Below are positions 25,884 to 35,275 of a DNA stretch of 59,434 nucleotides, one piece after another. The number at the start of each line of letters is the position of its first letter. The first letter of the stretch is position 1. The stretch is from an uncultured Bacillales bacterium (GTDB lineage: Bacteria > Bacillota_I > Bacilli_A > RFN20 > CAG-826): assembly GCA_946411895.1 (NCBI GenBank), contig CAMKFP010000001.1, positions 1-59,434 on the forward strand. The letters are read 5' to 3'. The notes beneath the pieces were generated by a model, which saw nothing but the letters and a program-made list of their open reading frames with translations, did no database searches and had not been told where the DNA came from. A program made the translations under genes and the position numbers.

Positions 25884-28835
25884 ATGCCAGAAAGATATAC
25901 ATTTAATCCCGCCGTTGAATCGAAGCACAAAGGGGAAACAGGAAGCGAATATAAGAAGGTTTATTCGCGTGTTGCTAAAAAGATAACCGATAACGTTCCC
26001 CATAAGATTTTCGGGGTGAAATCAACCGATGAAGAGTATTGGGGTCTAAGAGAAGTAATTACTGAACCTGAGATTCATATCATCGACTGCGTCAAACAAA
26101 GAAAGTGGTATACATTTGATCAACTATATAAGTTAGTCCACAAAAAGAAAAAGATGGAGCCAATAGAATTTAAAAACGCTCTTGAACTTTTATGTACACA
26201 TGGCTTAATCGAGTACGATTATGGTGATCACTATACAGAAAATGGACCAGATAATAAAAACTGGACCGAAGAATATAAGGCCAAAGAAAAGAGATATAGA
26301 TTATCTTATTTCGTTCCTGGTAGTGCAGAATTATTTAATTCCTCTATTGAAAGAATTGAAAAGAATCCTCCAGTTGCGAACTTCTTTGAAAGAATGACCT
26401 TCCTTCCTTTAGAGCATATTACTTCGATGCTTCCTCCAGGTGGTGGCGGTGTTGGTATGCACGTTATTCCAGTTGAAAAAGAAGTGCAAATGTCCAATGA
26501 ATCTTTAAAAATTGAGAAGATTTCTTATTGGTTACAAAGATATGAAGGACATATCTCTGCAGGTATATGTTCTTGTAGATATTCTAGAGCTATGTTAGGT
26601 GAAGGCTGTACTGATAACCCAGATGATTGGTGTATCCAACTTGGTGATATGGCGGATTATACAGTGGAAACTGGTAGAGCCCACTACATCAGTAAAGAAA
26701 GAGCCTTAGAAATCTTAAAACTTTCTGAACAAAACGGTTTCGTCCATCAAATCACTAATATTGATGGTGAAGATCATATCTTTGATATTTGTAACTGCGA
26801 CGTGAAGATTTGTAACGCTTTAAGAACCTCGCTTTTATTCAACACTCCTAACTTATCTAAGAGCGCTTATACCGCTAGAGTTAATAACGATAATTGTGTT
26901 GCTTGTGGACGATGCGTAGAAATCTGTCCTGCTGGCGCCCTTAAACTCGGTCAAAAATTATGTCATAAAGATGGCAAAGAATTTGAATATCCTGTCTCTG
27001 TCTTACCAGATAAGATTAGATGGGGCAAATATGCTTGGGATGAAAACTATAGAGATTCCGCTAGAGTCAACACTCATAAGAGTGGTACCGCTCCATGTAA
27101 ATCTGCTTGTCCTGCTCATGTTCCTGTACAAGGCTATTTAAAGATGGCTAAAGAAGGAAGATATGAAGAAGCTCTTGCCCTTATTAAAAGAGAAAATCCA
27201 TTCCCTGCAATCTGTGGTCGTGTTTGTAACAAGAAATGTGAAGAAGCCTGTACAAGAGGCACCATTGATGCTCCTGTTGCCATTGATGATGTTAAGCGCT
27301 TCTTAGCGGACCGTGATTTAAACGCTAAGACTAGATATATCCCAGAAAAGATTATTAATAATGTTCACGGAGAATGGCCACATAAGATTGCCATCATCGG
27401 TGCGGGTCCTGCTGGACTTAGCTGTGCTTATTATTTAGCAACCATGGGTTATAGACCCACAGTCTTTGAAAAGAACGCTCGTCCAGGCGGCATGATGATG
27501 TATGGTATCCCTTCTTATAAACTTGAAAAAGATGTTATCGATGCCGAAATCGAAGTTATCCGTGAACTCGGAGTAGAAATCAAGTGTGGTGTGGAAGTTG
27601 GTAAAGACGTCACCATTGAAGAACTCAAAAAACAAGGTTATAAAGCCTTCTATATCGCCATTGGCTGTCAAGGTGGACGTTATCCTAACGTTCCTAATGA
27701 TCACGCTAAAGGAACTGATATCGCTGTTAATTTCTTAAAAGAAGCTTTTGAAAATCAAAAACAAAAAATTGATGGAGACGTCGTAGTTGTTGGTGGCGGT
27801 AATGTCGCTATTGACTGCGCTAGAACGGCTCATAGATTTGGCGCTAAGAGTGTCTCTATGTTCTGCTTAGAAGATAAAGAACATATGCCAGCCACTAATG
27901 CGGAAATCAAAGAAGCTGAAGAAGAAAATGTTGTTATTAACGATAGATGGGGACCAAAAGAACTCATTGTTGATGAAAAGGGTCACGTTAAAGAAATTAT
28001 CTTTAAACGTTGCACAAGAACTATTGATCCAGAAACTGGTAAGTTCTCACCTTTATATGATGAAAACGAGACCATCAAAGTGAAGGCTGATAGAGTAATC
28101 TTCGCTATTGGCCAAGCTATTGACTGGGGCAAACTCCTAGAGGGTACAAAAGTGACATTCTGGAGAGGCAATTATCCAGTGGCCAACGCCTTTACTTATC
28201 AGACTCAAGACCCAGATATCTTCGTCGGTGGAGATGTCTTTACTGGACCAAAATTCGTTATCGATGCCATTGGTCAAGGTCATGAAGCTGCTGAATCACT
28301 TGCTAGACACGTATCTGAATATAACGCACCAATGGAAATTGGTAGAGATAGAAGATGGTTTAAGTCTTTAGATAAGACTGATATCTCTATTGACTCTTAT
28401 GACCACGCTGGTAGAGCGGAAATCGCTTATGATCCAAATATTGATTATAAGAATTCCTTTAAGGATGCCAGAATCAACTTAACTGAAGAGCAAGTCAAAC
28501 AAGAAGCATCAAGATGCTTAAGCTGTGGACGCACTGTTGTTGATCCAAATAAATGTATTGGATGTGGCTTATGTACGACTAGATGTGAATTTGACGCCAT
28601 TCATTTAGTAAGAGATCATCCAAAGAATTCCAATATGAGATTTGCGGAAGATAAAGTGACTGGCCTACTTGGCTACGCCTTCCCAAGAGCCTTTAAGATC
28701 CTCTTCCATAGTGGTTCTAAAGAAGCTCGCATGATGAGAAAGAAACGTAGAGATTGGCTTAAGTCCACTAAAGAATTCCGTAAGACACATAAACATACTG
28801 GTAATGCAGTAGATGTGAATTCCTTAATGCAATAA
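25884..28835 (+). CDS. 983-aa multi-cluster Fe-S flavoprotein: unassigned Cys-rich N-terminal region, 4Fe-4S motif, GltD/NfnB/YgfK-like NAD(P)H-FAD oxidoreductase core, C-terminal 4Fe-4S motif
   Basis: Cys patterns GICSCRYSRAMLGEGC...WC and CNCDVKIC. CVACGRCVEICP. GltD-type CKSACPAH...CGRVCNKKCEEAC. Rossmann folds IAIIGAGPAGLSCAYYL and VVVVGGGNVAIDCA. C-terminal CLSCG...CIGCGLCTTRC. Confidence 0.75.
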   Translation: MPERYTFNPAVESKHKGETGSEYKKVYSRVAKKITDNVPHKIFGVKSTDEEYWGLREVITEPEIHIIDCVKQRKWYTFDQLYKLVHKKKKMEPIEFKNALELLCTHGLIEYDYGDHYTENGPDNKNWTEEYKAKEKRYRLSYFVPGSAELFNSSIERIEKNPPVANFFERMTFLPLEHITSMLPPGGGGVGMHVIPVEKEVQMSNESLKIEKISYWLQRYEGHISAGICSCRYSRAMLGEGCTDNPDDWCIQLGDMADYTVETGRAHYISKERALEILKLSEQNGFVHQITNIDGEDHIFDICNCDVKICNALRTSLLFNTPNLSKSAYTARVNNDNCVACGRCVEICPAGALKLGQKLCHKDGKEFEYPVSVLPDKIRWGKYAWDENYRDSARVNTHKSGTAPCKSACPAHVPVQGYLKMAKEGRYEEALALIKRENPFPAICGRVCNKKCEEACTRGTIDAPVAIDDVKRFLADRDLNAKTRYIPEKIINNVHGEWPHKIAIIGAGPAGLSCAYYLATMGYRPTVFEKNARPGGMMMYGIPSYKLEKDVIDAEIEVIRELGVEIKCGVEVGKDVTIEELKKQGYKAFYIAIGCQGGRYPNVPNDHAKGTDIAVNFLKEAFENQKQKIDGDVVVVGGGNVAIDCARTAHRFGAKSVSMFCLEDKEHMPATNAEIKEAEEENVVINDRWGPKELIVDEKGHVKEIIFKRCTRTIDPETGKFSPLYDENETIKVKADRVIFAIGQAIDWGKLLEGTKVTFWRGNYPVANAFTYQTQDPDIFVGGDVFTGPKFVIDAIGQGHEAAESLARHVSEYNAPMEIGRDRRWFKSLDKTDISIDSYDHAGRAEIAYDPNIDYKNSFKDARINLTEEQVKQEASRCLSCGRTVVDPNKCIGCGLCTTRCEFDAIHLVRDHPKNSNMRFAEDKVTGLLGYAFPRAFKILFHSGSKEARMMRKKRRDWLKSTKEFRKTHKHTGNAVDVNSLMQ

Positions 28836-28837
28836 TT

Positions 28838-29194
28838 ATGCATGAACTAGGTATTGTCTTTCATATCATTAAGCAAGTTGAAGAAGTCGCAAACAAAAAC
28901 TCCGTTAAAGAAGTCACAAAAGTGGTTTTAGAAATTGGCGAAGTTTCCGGTGTGGTTCCTAAATATCTTCATGATTGTTGGAAGTGGGCAGTAGAAAATC
29001 GCAGTGAACACATGAAAAACTGCGCTTTAGAAGTTATCTCTTTAAAAGCGACGAGTTATTGCAAAGACTGCGAAAGGATGTATGACACCGTTAAAAGTGG
29101 TCGCATTTGCCCGTATTGCCAAAGTAAAAACACATATCTAGTTACAGGAAACGAGGTTTCTATCAAACATATTGAAGTCAAAGATGAGAACTAG
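28838..29194 (+). CDS. hypA: Nickel metallochaperone HypA
   Basis: 118 aa. N-terminal MHE Ni-binding motif and zinc site CKDC...CPYC. The start lies 2 nt after the upstream stop. Confidence 0.88.
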   Translation: MHELGIVFHIIKQVEEVANKNSVKEVTKVVLEIGEVSGVVPKYLHDCWKWAVENRSEHMKNCALEVISLKATSYCKDCERMYDTVKSGRICPYCQSKNTYLVTGNEVSIKHIEVKDEN

Positions 29195-29219
29195 GATTAA
29201 TGTCCTAGTTTTCTTTTTA
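29191..29219 (+). terminator. Rho-independent terminator after hypA
   Basis: CTAGGA-TTAATG-TCCTAG followed by TTTTCTTTTT; it overlaps the hypA stop codon. Confidence 0.75.
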
Positions 29220-29288
29220 TATAGTGTTTATTTAATCACTTGTTTTTCTAGTGATAAAATAAAAGAGAAATAATGTGGAGGTCATCAT

Positions 29289-30704
29289 ATGAGAAAGACG
29301 AAGATTATTTCGACTATTGGTCCTGCGGTCAACACAAAAGCAAAACTTATTAAACTCATTAAAAGTGGTATTAACTGTGCGAGATTTAACTTCTCTCACG
29401 GCACTCATGAGTCTCAAAAGGTGATGATGGATCTTCTTAAAGAAGCAAGAGTCTCTTTAAATAAAGAGATCCCTATCCTTTTAGATACAAAAGGGCCCGA
29501 ATTAAGACTTAGAAACTTTATTGATGGATCCACAGTTTTAAAAGATGGCCAACTCTTTATCTTAGATGATGATGAAGACACCATTGGAGATAATGGCAGA
29601 GCCTGTATCTCTTATCATGAACTCGCAGAATCCTTAAAAGTTGGTAACACCATTTTGATTGATGATGGCAAAGTCTCTTTAAGAGTCTTAAAACTTGAAG
29701 GACATCGTATTATCACTAAAGTCACGCATGGTGGAAAGATCTCTAATCATAAATCTCTTAACGTCCCTAATGTCGCAATTCCTATGGAATTCCTTTCTGA
29801 AGCCGATAAGAGCGACCTCTTATTTGGTATTGAACAAGGTGTCGACTTTGTCGCCGCTAGTTTTACGAGAACTAAACAAGACATTCTTGATATGCGTAAC
29901 TTCCTAGATGAGCATGGTGGCAAGCATATTGAAATTATCGCCAAAATCGAGAATATCCAAGGTGTTCATAACTTCTTAGATATTTTATCTATCGCGGATG
30001 GAATTATGGTGGCTCGTGGCGATTTAGGTGTAGAGATTCACTTTAAAGATATCCCATCGATTCAAAAGAGAATTATTGATGAATGCAATAAACTAGGAAA
30101 GATTTCGATTGTCGCTACTCAAATGCTCGAATCCATGACCTCTTCTCCTAGACCCACGAGAGCCGAAGTCAGTGACGTCGCTAATGCGGTCTTTGATGGA
30201 GCAAGTGCTATTATGCTCTCTGGCGAGTCCGCTAACGGCTTATTCCCATTTGATGCGGTAAAGACAATGTCTGCTATTGCTAGCAGCGCTGAACGCTCCA
30301 GCTATCACCATAAAGAAAGAAGTTCCTTAAAGGACACTAAAGATATCACTCAAGCAACATGTAAAGCGGCCTATGAAGCAGCGGAATGTCTCAAAGCTAA
30401 ATGTATAGTCGTCTGCTCTAGTAGTGGCCGCACTGCAAAGATGATTGCGAAATATCGTCCTGATATTCCTATTATTGCTTTAGTAGCTTCTGAAAATGGA
30501 TGCCGCCAATGTTCACTTTATTATGATGTCTATCCTCTTAAAGTAGAACGTAAACAAAGCCCAGATGAAGTAGTGGAACTCGGTAAAGCAAAAGCTGAAG
30601 AACTCACGATGACCATTCCTGGAGATGTCGTTGTGCTTGTCGCAGGCACCAACTTCTCATATGGTCATACCGACTCCATCCAGATTTATCAAATTCAACG
30701 CTAA
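29289..30704 (+). CDS. pyk: Pyruvate kinase
   Basis: 471 aa. MRKTKIISTIGPA, ARFNFSHG, MVARGDLGVEI and ATQMLESM signatures. GGAGG RBS. Confidence 0.95.
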   Translation: MRKTKIISTIGPAVNTKAKLIKLIKSGINCARFNFSHGTHESQKVMMDLLKEARVSLNKEIPILLDTKGPELRLRNFIDGSTVLKDGQLFILDDDEDTIGDNGRACISYHELAESLKVGNTILIDDGKVSLRVLKLEGHRIITKVTHGGKISNHKSLNVPNVAIPMEFLSEADKSDLLFGIEQGVDFVAASFTRTKQDILDMRNFLDEHGGKHIEIIAKIENIQGVHNFLDILSIADGIMVARGDLGVEIHFKDIPSIQKRIIDECNKLGKISIVATQMLESMTSSPRPTRAEVSDVANAVFDGASAIMLSGESANGLFPFDAVKTMSAIASSAERSSYHHKERSSLKDTKDITQATCKAAYEAAECLKAKCIVVCSSSGRTAKMIAKYRPDIPIIALVASENGCRQCSLYYDVYPLKVERKQSPDEVVELGKAKAEELTMTIPGDVVVLVAGTNFSYGHTDSIQIYQIQR

Positions 30705-30720
30705 AAATAGATAAAAACAA

Positions 30721-30750
30721 AAAATAATCCGCGTTTTGCGGATTATTTTC
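30721..30750. terminator. Bidirectional terminator between pyk and the convergent membrane-protein operon
   Basis: AATAATCCGC-GTTTT-GCGGATTATT with flanking A and T runs. Confidence 0.85.
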
Positions 30751-30762
30751 ATATTTTCTTAC

Positions 30763-31113
30763 TTATTGGGCTTTCTTTTTAAACATGCCTTTTGGATCGC
30801 TAATTAAGAGGATGATAAGCCAGATTAATAAGCCTAAGGCAATGGTCGCAATGCCAAGTGCGACATCATTCATAGAAGCGTGGAAGAAGACTTGCCATTC
30901 TTCTAATGTTGCATCTTCACCAGGGAAGAACACTTTATAACCATCTTTGACAAAACCCATGATGAGATCGCCAAGCCACATCAGAGCAGCGCCGGCATAC
31001 ATATAGACTAATGCGATGATTTTATAAGGTTCTTTTTGTCCTGGAACTTTCTTTTTATACCAGACGACAGTTGCCACGACTGCAGCGATAAGAGTGAGGA
31101 CAAAGTGCATCAT
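30763..31113 (-). CDS. Small 3-TM membrane protein of unknown function (paralogue of the upstream gene)
   Basis: 116 aa. Shares helix order and the ...G.ALM/LL..(F/L)..I..G.V...F(F)P...H... pattern with the 139-aa neighbour. 1-nt start/stop overlap at 31113. Confidence 0.6.
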   Translation of the reverse strand: MMHFVLTLIAAVVATVVWYKKKVPGQKEPYKIIALVYMYAGAALMWLGDLIMGFVKDGYKVFFPGEDATLEEWQVFFHASMNDVALGIATIALGLLIWLIILLISDPKGMFKKKAQ

Positions 31114-31532
31114 TATTTGCTTTCCTCAACAACTCTTTTACTCGCTTTTTTCTTTTTAAGAATGGAGACAAGAGTAATGATACCCCAAGTTAAGGTACAT
31201 AAGACCGCCATGAGGACACCAGTTGTAGCGATTTCATGAAGCATGACGCTTGTCGCTTCCGCTCCTTCGCTAACTGCGGTGAGGAATGGGAAGGTAAATG
31301 TCACTTCACCATGCCAAATATGTTCAAACGCTAATAAAGCACTGCCTCCTAAGGTGAGATAGCTTAATTGAGCAATTCTCTTGGACCATTCACCAGTCTT
31401 AGTGGTGATTTCTTCTTTATGTTCGCCAGCAGCGACTCTTCTTTCAATTTCCTTTTTTGATAAAACGTTTAAAACCATTGCGGCGCCGCCAGCAATGAGT
31501 CCTTCCGCTAAAGAGACTGTAAAACATGCCAT
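31113..31532 (-). CDS. Small 3-TM membrane protein of unknown function
   Basis: 139 aa. AAGGAG RBS. Contains FEHIWHGEV and MLHEIATTG His-bearing segments. Confidence 0.6.
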   Translation of the reverse strand: MACFTVSLAEGLIAGGAAMVLNVLSKKEIERRVAAGEHKEEITTKTGEWSKRIAQLSYLTLGGSALLAFEHIWHGEVTFTFPFLTAVSEGAEATSVMLHEIATTGVLMAVLCTLTWGIITLVSILKKKKASKRVVEESK

Positions 31533-31583
31533 AATGTAATACTCCTTATCTTTTTCTTACTTATTTAGTATATCAAAGAATTA

Positions 31584-31601
31584 ATTTCTTTTAAAAGAAA
31601 T
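31584..31601. repeat. Perfect 18-bp palindrome ATTTCTTTTAAAAGAAAT in the promoter region of the small-membrane-protein operon
   Basis: Read directly. It lies between the pepC terminator and a TGATATACT extended -10-like element (minus strand, about 31567-31575). Confidence 0.5.
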
Positions 31602-31625
31602 ATAAAACCCGTGTTTCCACGGGTC
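31598..31625 (-). terminator. Rho-independent terminator of pepC
   Basis: Minus-strand hairpin ACCCGTG-GAAA-CACGGGT followed by a U-rich run. Confidence 0.75.
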
Positions 31626-31631
31626 TATATA

Positions 31632-32960
31632 TTAGTCGGCTAAGGAACCCATTGGATCCCAAGGTTTGAGTTCCACAGGTTTCTTTTCTAAAGCCGCTCT
31701 TTCTTCATCGGAGAGATATTTCTTATCAACGACTGCTTGATAGACGAATTGATCAAACCAAGAAGCAGACATGATGTAGTAGCCTTCTTTAGCGACATCA
31801 CTGCCCCAGGAGTTTTCAATCTTCCATTTGGTTGTGATACCATTTTTTAAAGCCACACCAGTGATACACATCGCATGGTTCATCGCGCTAGCGCGATAAT
31901 CTAGAGATTCTCCCTTATCCATCTTCCAATCGAGATCAAAAGCGGTCTTAGCGTCGAATCTATTATCATCCCAGACTCCATTAGCGCGGTCACCATAGAA
32001 GCCAACATCGCTACCAAACCAGACGATTTGGTTGTCCTTAAGTTGAGCGAGGACTAATTGTTTTAATCTTTTCATCTCAACGTTGAGGTGAGTGACTTGT
32101 TTACCGCCGACAACATTACCTAAGTATTTGATGGTGTAGGTCTTACCAAATGGTTTAGATTTTGTTGGCGCGTTAATTAAACTAACGAAGTCATTAAGTC
32201 TATTACCGATATATTTTTCCTTATAGGAAAGAGGAGTGAATCCACGTTCGATTTTGTAATTATCATCCTTATCGGTGTATTCAAAGTCAAACTTCTCTGG
32301 TGGTAGACCATATGTATTAACGAGTAAGAAATAGACTTTTCTAAGAACCGTTTTCTTTAAACGCTTAACAGCTTCTAGACCTTTAGATTCATATAATTCT
32401 TTAGCGTCACTAGCGAACTTTCTTACGGTGAAGTTGATCAAGCTTGCACTTTCTCTAGTGCCACTAGAAGTGGCGGTTTCTGGGAAAGCATTTTTTGGAC
32501 AAACACCATATTTATTGACGATAGAGACGAACATATCCCATTGGCCTCCATCTCCAATACCGTTTTGAAGAAGGAAAGTAAGAGTTCTATCATCATAATC
32601 CTTATCAAGGAGTTCGATAATCGTTTCTAAGGTGTAGTTGACCTTTTCTAAACGATCATAAAATGCGATATAGCTTTGAGATAGCTCAAAGTTTCTAATG
32701 CCACATTCTTTAGCGATCATTTCTCTTAATAAGTTAGTAGCAGCGAAGATCCAACAACGGCCGGATTGCTTTTGGTTGGTGACTGGCATGGTTTTAATAT
32801 TAATGGTGAAGTTAAAATCCATGTCTTTAATCGTGTCATGGGAGATGATCACTTGATTGAGTGAGTTATTGTTTAAAGCGTGACGTAAAATGGTGTTTTT
32901 ATCATCCGCTTTATAAGCTTCTAAGTCTTTTTCTAATTGATTTAATTTGATTTCTTCCAT
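31632..32960 (-). CDS. pepC: Aminopeptidase C (bleomycin-hydrolase-type C1 cysteine peptidase)
   Basis: 442 aa. Active-site QKQSGRCWIFA, and NHAMCITGV and ENSWG blocks. Confidence 0.92.
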   Translation of the reverse strand: MEEIKLNQLEKDLEAYKADDKNTILRHALNNNSLNQVIISHDTIKDMDFNFTINIKTMPVTNQKQSGRCWIFAATNLLREMIAKECGIRNFELSQSYIAFYDRLEKVNYTLETIIELLDKDYDDRTLTFLLQNGIGDGGQWDMFVSIVNKYGVCPKNAFPETATSSGTRESASLINFTVRKFASDAKELYESKGLEAVKRLKKTVLRKVYFLLVNTYGLPPEKFDFEYTDKDDNYKIERGFTPLSYKEKYIGNRLNDFVSLINAPTKSKPFGKTYTIKYLGNVVGGKQVTHLNVEMKRLKQLVLAQLKDNQIVWFGSDVGFYGDRANGVWDDNRFDAKTAFDLDWKMDKGESLDYRASAMNHAMCITGVALKNGITTKWKIENSWGSDVAKEGYYIMSASWFDQFVYQAVVDKKYLSDEERAALEKKPVELKPWDPMGSLAD

Positions 32961-33070
32961 ATTAGTTAGCCTCCTCTAATTGGACATTATATTCTACACC
33001 TATTTTATAAATAGTCATTAGAAAAATAAGAAAAAGAGGTCGTAGACCCCTTATTCCTAATATATTTATA

Positions 33071-33490
33071 TTATTTAAGCTCGTTAGAGATGTCTTTTGC
33101 TAAGACTGGTAAAGATAATTGATCGACTTTTTTATCTTTGAATTCTAAGCGTAATCCTTCATCATCTCCATAGCGAGGAATGACATGGACATGGAAGTGC
33201 ATGACACTTTGTCCAGCTTCCTTATAGCAGTTAGTGAGAATGTTTACGCCTTTAGCTCCAAGAAGTCTAATAGAGACCTGACCAATTCTTTGAGCAACAT
33301 CCATAACTTTATGCATGACGTCTTGGGGTGTCGCTAAGAAGTTGTCGTAGTGCTTTTTAGGAACGACAAGAGTGTGACCTTTGGTCACTTGGGAAATATC
33401 TAAGAAGGCTAAAACTTCCTCATCTTCATAGATTTTATAGCAGGGGATTTCCCCATCAATGATTTTACAGAAAACATCTTTTTCTCTCAT
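33071..33490 (-). CDS. HIT-family nucleotide hydrolase/transferase
   Basis: Histidine triad HFHVHVIP, with FCKIIDGEIP at the N-terminus. ATG at 33490 with an AAAGAGGAA RBS is preferred over the TTG at 33511. Confidence 0.9.
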   Translation of the reverse strand: MREKDVFCKIIDGEIPCYKIYEDEEVLAFLDISQVTKGHTLVVPKKHYDNFLATPQDVMHKVMDVAQRIGQVSIRLLGAKGVNILTNCYKEAGQSVMHFHVHVIPRYGDDEGLRLEFKDKKVDQLSLPVLAKDISNELK

Positions 33491-33526
33491 ATTCGTATGT
33501 TCCTCTTTCAATATTTATTATAGCAA

Positions 33527-33554
33527 TGAAAAAGGAGGTTTCAATAACCTCCTT
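33527..33554 (-). terminator. Rho-independent terminator after the lipoprotein pair
   Basis: Minus-strand hairpin AAGGAGGTT-ATTGA-AACCTCCTT followed by UUUUU. Confidence 0.8.
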
Positions 33555-33568
33555 AATCAATATTTTGA

Positions 33569-35275
33569 TTAATCAAATAAATCTGGGAAATTCTCTTTGA
33601 AATAGTCATAGACTTCGGTATCGAAGTATTTGAGGGCCATTTCTTCTAAGTAATGTTCTTTGGCATCAGCTTCATAGTTGGAACCAGTAGCGACAATCTT
33701 AGCGACTTCGTTGATGGTTTCTTCTAAAGTAGCATCGTCATAGACGTATTGAGAATAGGACTTATTTAATTTTTGGCTTCTGACCGCTTGTTCGATTTGG
33801 CAGATGTAGTATGTGCCGCTATCGTAGAAGAGGATATCACTGTTATCTGTGCCAGCCGCACCTGTAGGATTCTTTAAGAAGAATGAACCGTTGATTCTAG
33901 CAACGTAATCAGAACCGTCTTTTTCAGAGCCGAATAATTCCCATTCGGTTCCATCCCATTGATATCTGTCGTTTTCTTCACCTAAATCTAAACCGACAGA
34001 GACGGATAATTTGAATAAATTATCAGTTAAGGAACCAATACTTGGTTTGTTATTGTTTTCGGTGAACCAACCATCGGTGATGTGGTCTTTTAAGGCGACT
34101 TCGTCACGCTTAATATCGAAGCCAACTTCTGGGGCATAGGTGCCGTTAGAAGTGAAGTCATTCCACTTATCTAAATCAGTATAGATTTCATTATAGTCAT
34201 TTAAGACTTCGTAGAATTCTGTACCTTTAAAAGCGGTGACGTTTTCTCCGCCGACGACGAATGTGTCGGATTCAAAACCTAAATCTTCAACGATTTCAGC
34301 TTCTGGAGTCTTGTTATGTTGAGCATCTTCTAAATCGAAGACACCGTTCCAAAGATTGTTAATAACTTTGAAGTCATCAAGAGAGACTTTGTTAGTGCTA
34401 TCTTCGGTTTTTCCAGTTGTGGAATCTGGTGCTCTTAAGAAAGAGTAATCTTGATGTGGATCTGTTAAGTAGTTAACGAGTTTGATGGTCTCGGTGTTCT
34501 TATCATAGTTGTCACTAATAGCGATAACGTTGATCTTACGAGCATCACTCTTACCTAATGAACCATAGGATTCATTAATGACGTATTCTTCCACTAATAA
34601 TTGACGATAAATATCAGGAATGATTTCATCTTCAATATAGGTGATACCATTTGCTGGATCTTGATAATTAGCTCTGTGTAAGAAGTTTTCGAAGACATCT
34701 TCTTTATCAACGCTTGGTAATAAGAGTTGTGGAGCATAGAATGCGCCATCAGCTTTGACTTTCTTTAAGTCTTGAGCTAATGATCTGAGGAATCTTTCTT
34801 CGTAGAATTTGTTACGGTAAGAGTAGCTACCGCTAGAAATCTTATCGTACATTGCTTCTGCGATTCTCTTTTCAATGGATTTTAATTTGGCTTTGACTTG
34901 CTCTTCATTCTCATAAGATTCGTGTTGAGCTAAGAACTCGGCCATTTTGCCATCATTGACAGCTTCACTTAAAGTGACTTCTTCAGCACTTAAAGTGTCT
35001 TTGTTACTATATCGATCATATCTACCAATAACAGAAATGGAGTAGGAGTATAAGACTTTGTCTAAGACTCTGCTTGGGAGGTCACCCTCTCTGATGGAGT
35101 CATAGATGTCAGACATAATGTTCTTGTAGACATCGAGATCGCCACCTGTTGAATCAGTGACGACTGGTTTGCTATAGTCGCTTGGTTTAGCGATAACATC
35201 GCTAGATGAACACGCTGTTAAACCGATAGCGCTTAAGCAAAGGAGAATACCAGTTTTTAATGCTTTATTTGCCAT
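33569..35275 (-). CDS. Large lipoprotein of unknown function
   Basis: Met at 35275 (AGGAGGAG RBS) gives the signal peptide plus lipobox AIGLTAC. The ORF-track extension to 35416 overlaps the upstream gene and is discounted. Confidence 0.75.
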   Translation of the reverse strand: MANKALKTGILLCLSAIGLTACSSSDVIAKPSDYSKPVVTDSTGGDLDVYKNIMSDIYDSIREGDLPSRVLDKVLYSYSISVIGRYDRYSNKDTLSAEEVTLSEAVNDGKMAEFLAQHESYENEEQVKAKLKSIEKRIAEAMYDKISSGSYSYRNKFYEERFLRSLAQDLKKVKADGAFYAPQLLLPSVDKEDVFENFLHRANYQDPANGITYIEDEIIPDIYRQLLVEEYVINESYGSLGKSDARKINVIAISDNYDKNTETIKLVNYLTDPHQDYSFLRAPDSTTGKTEDSTNKVSLDDFKVINNLWNGVFDLEDAQHNKTPEAEIVEDLGFESDTFVVGGENVTAFKGTEFYEVLNDYNEIYTDLDKWNDFTSNGTYAPEVGFDIKRDEVALKDHITDGWFTENNNKPSIGSLTDNLFKLSVSVGLDLGEENDRYQWDGTEWELFGSEKDGSDYVARINGSFFLKNPTGAAGTDNSDILFYDSGTYYICQIEQAVRSQKLNKSYSQYVYDDATLEETINEVAKIVATGSNYEADAKEHYLEEMALKYFDTEVYDYFKENFPDLFD

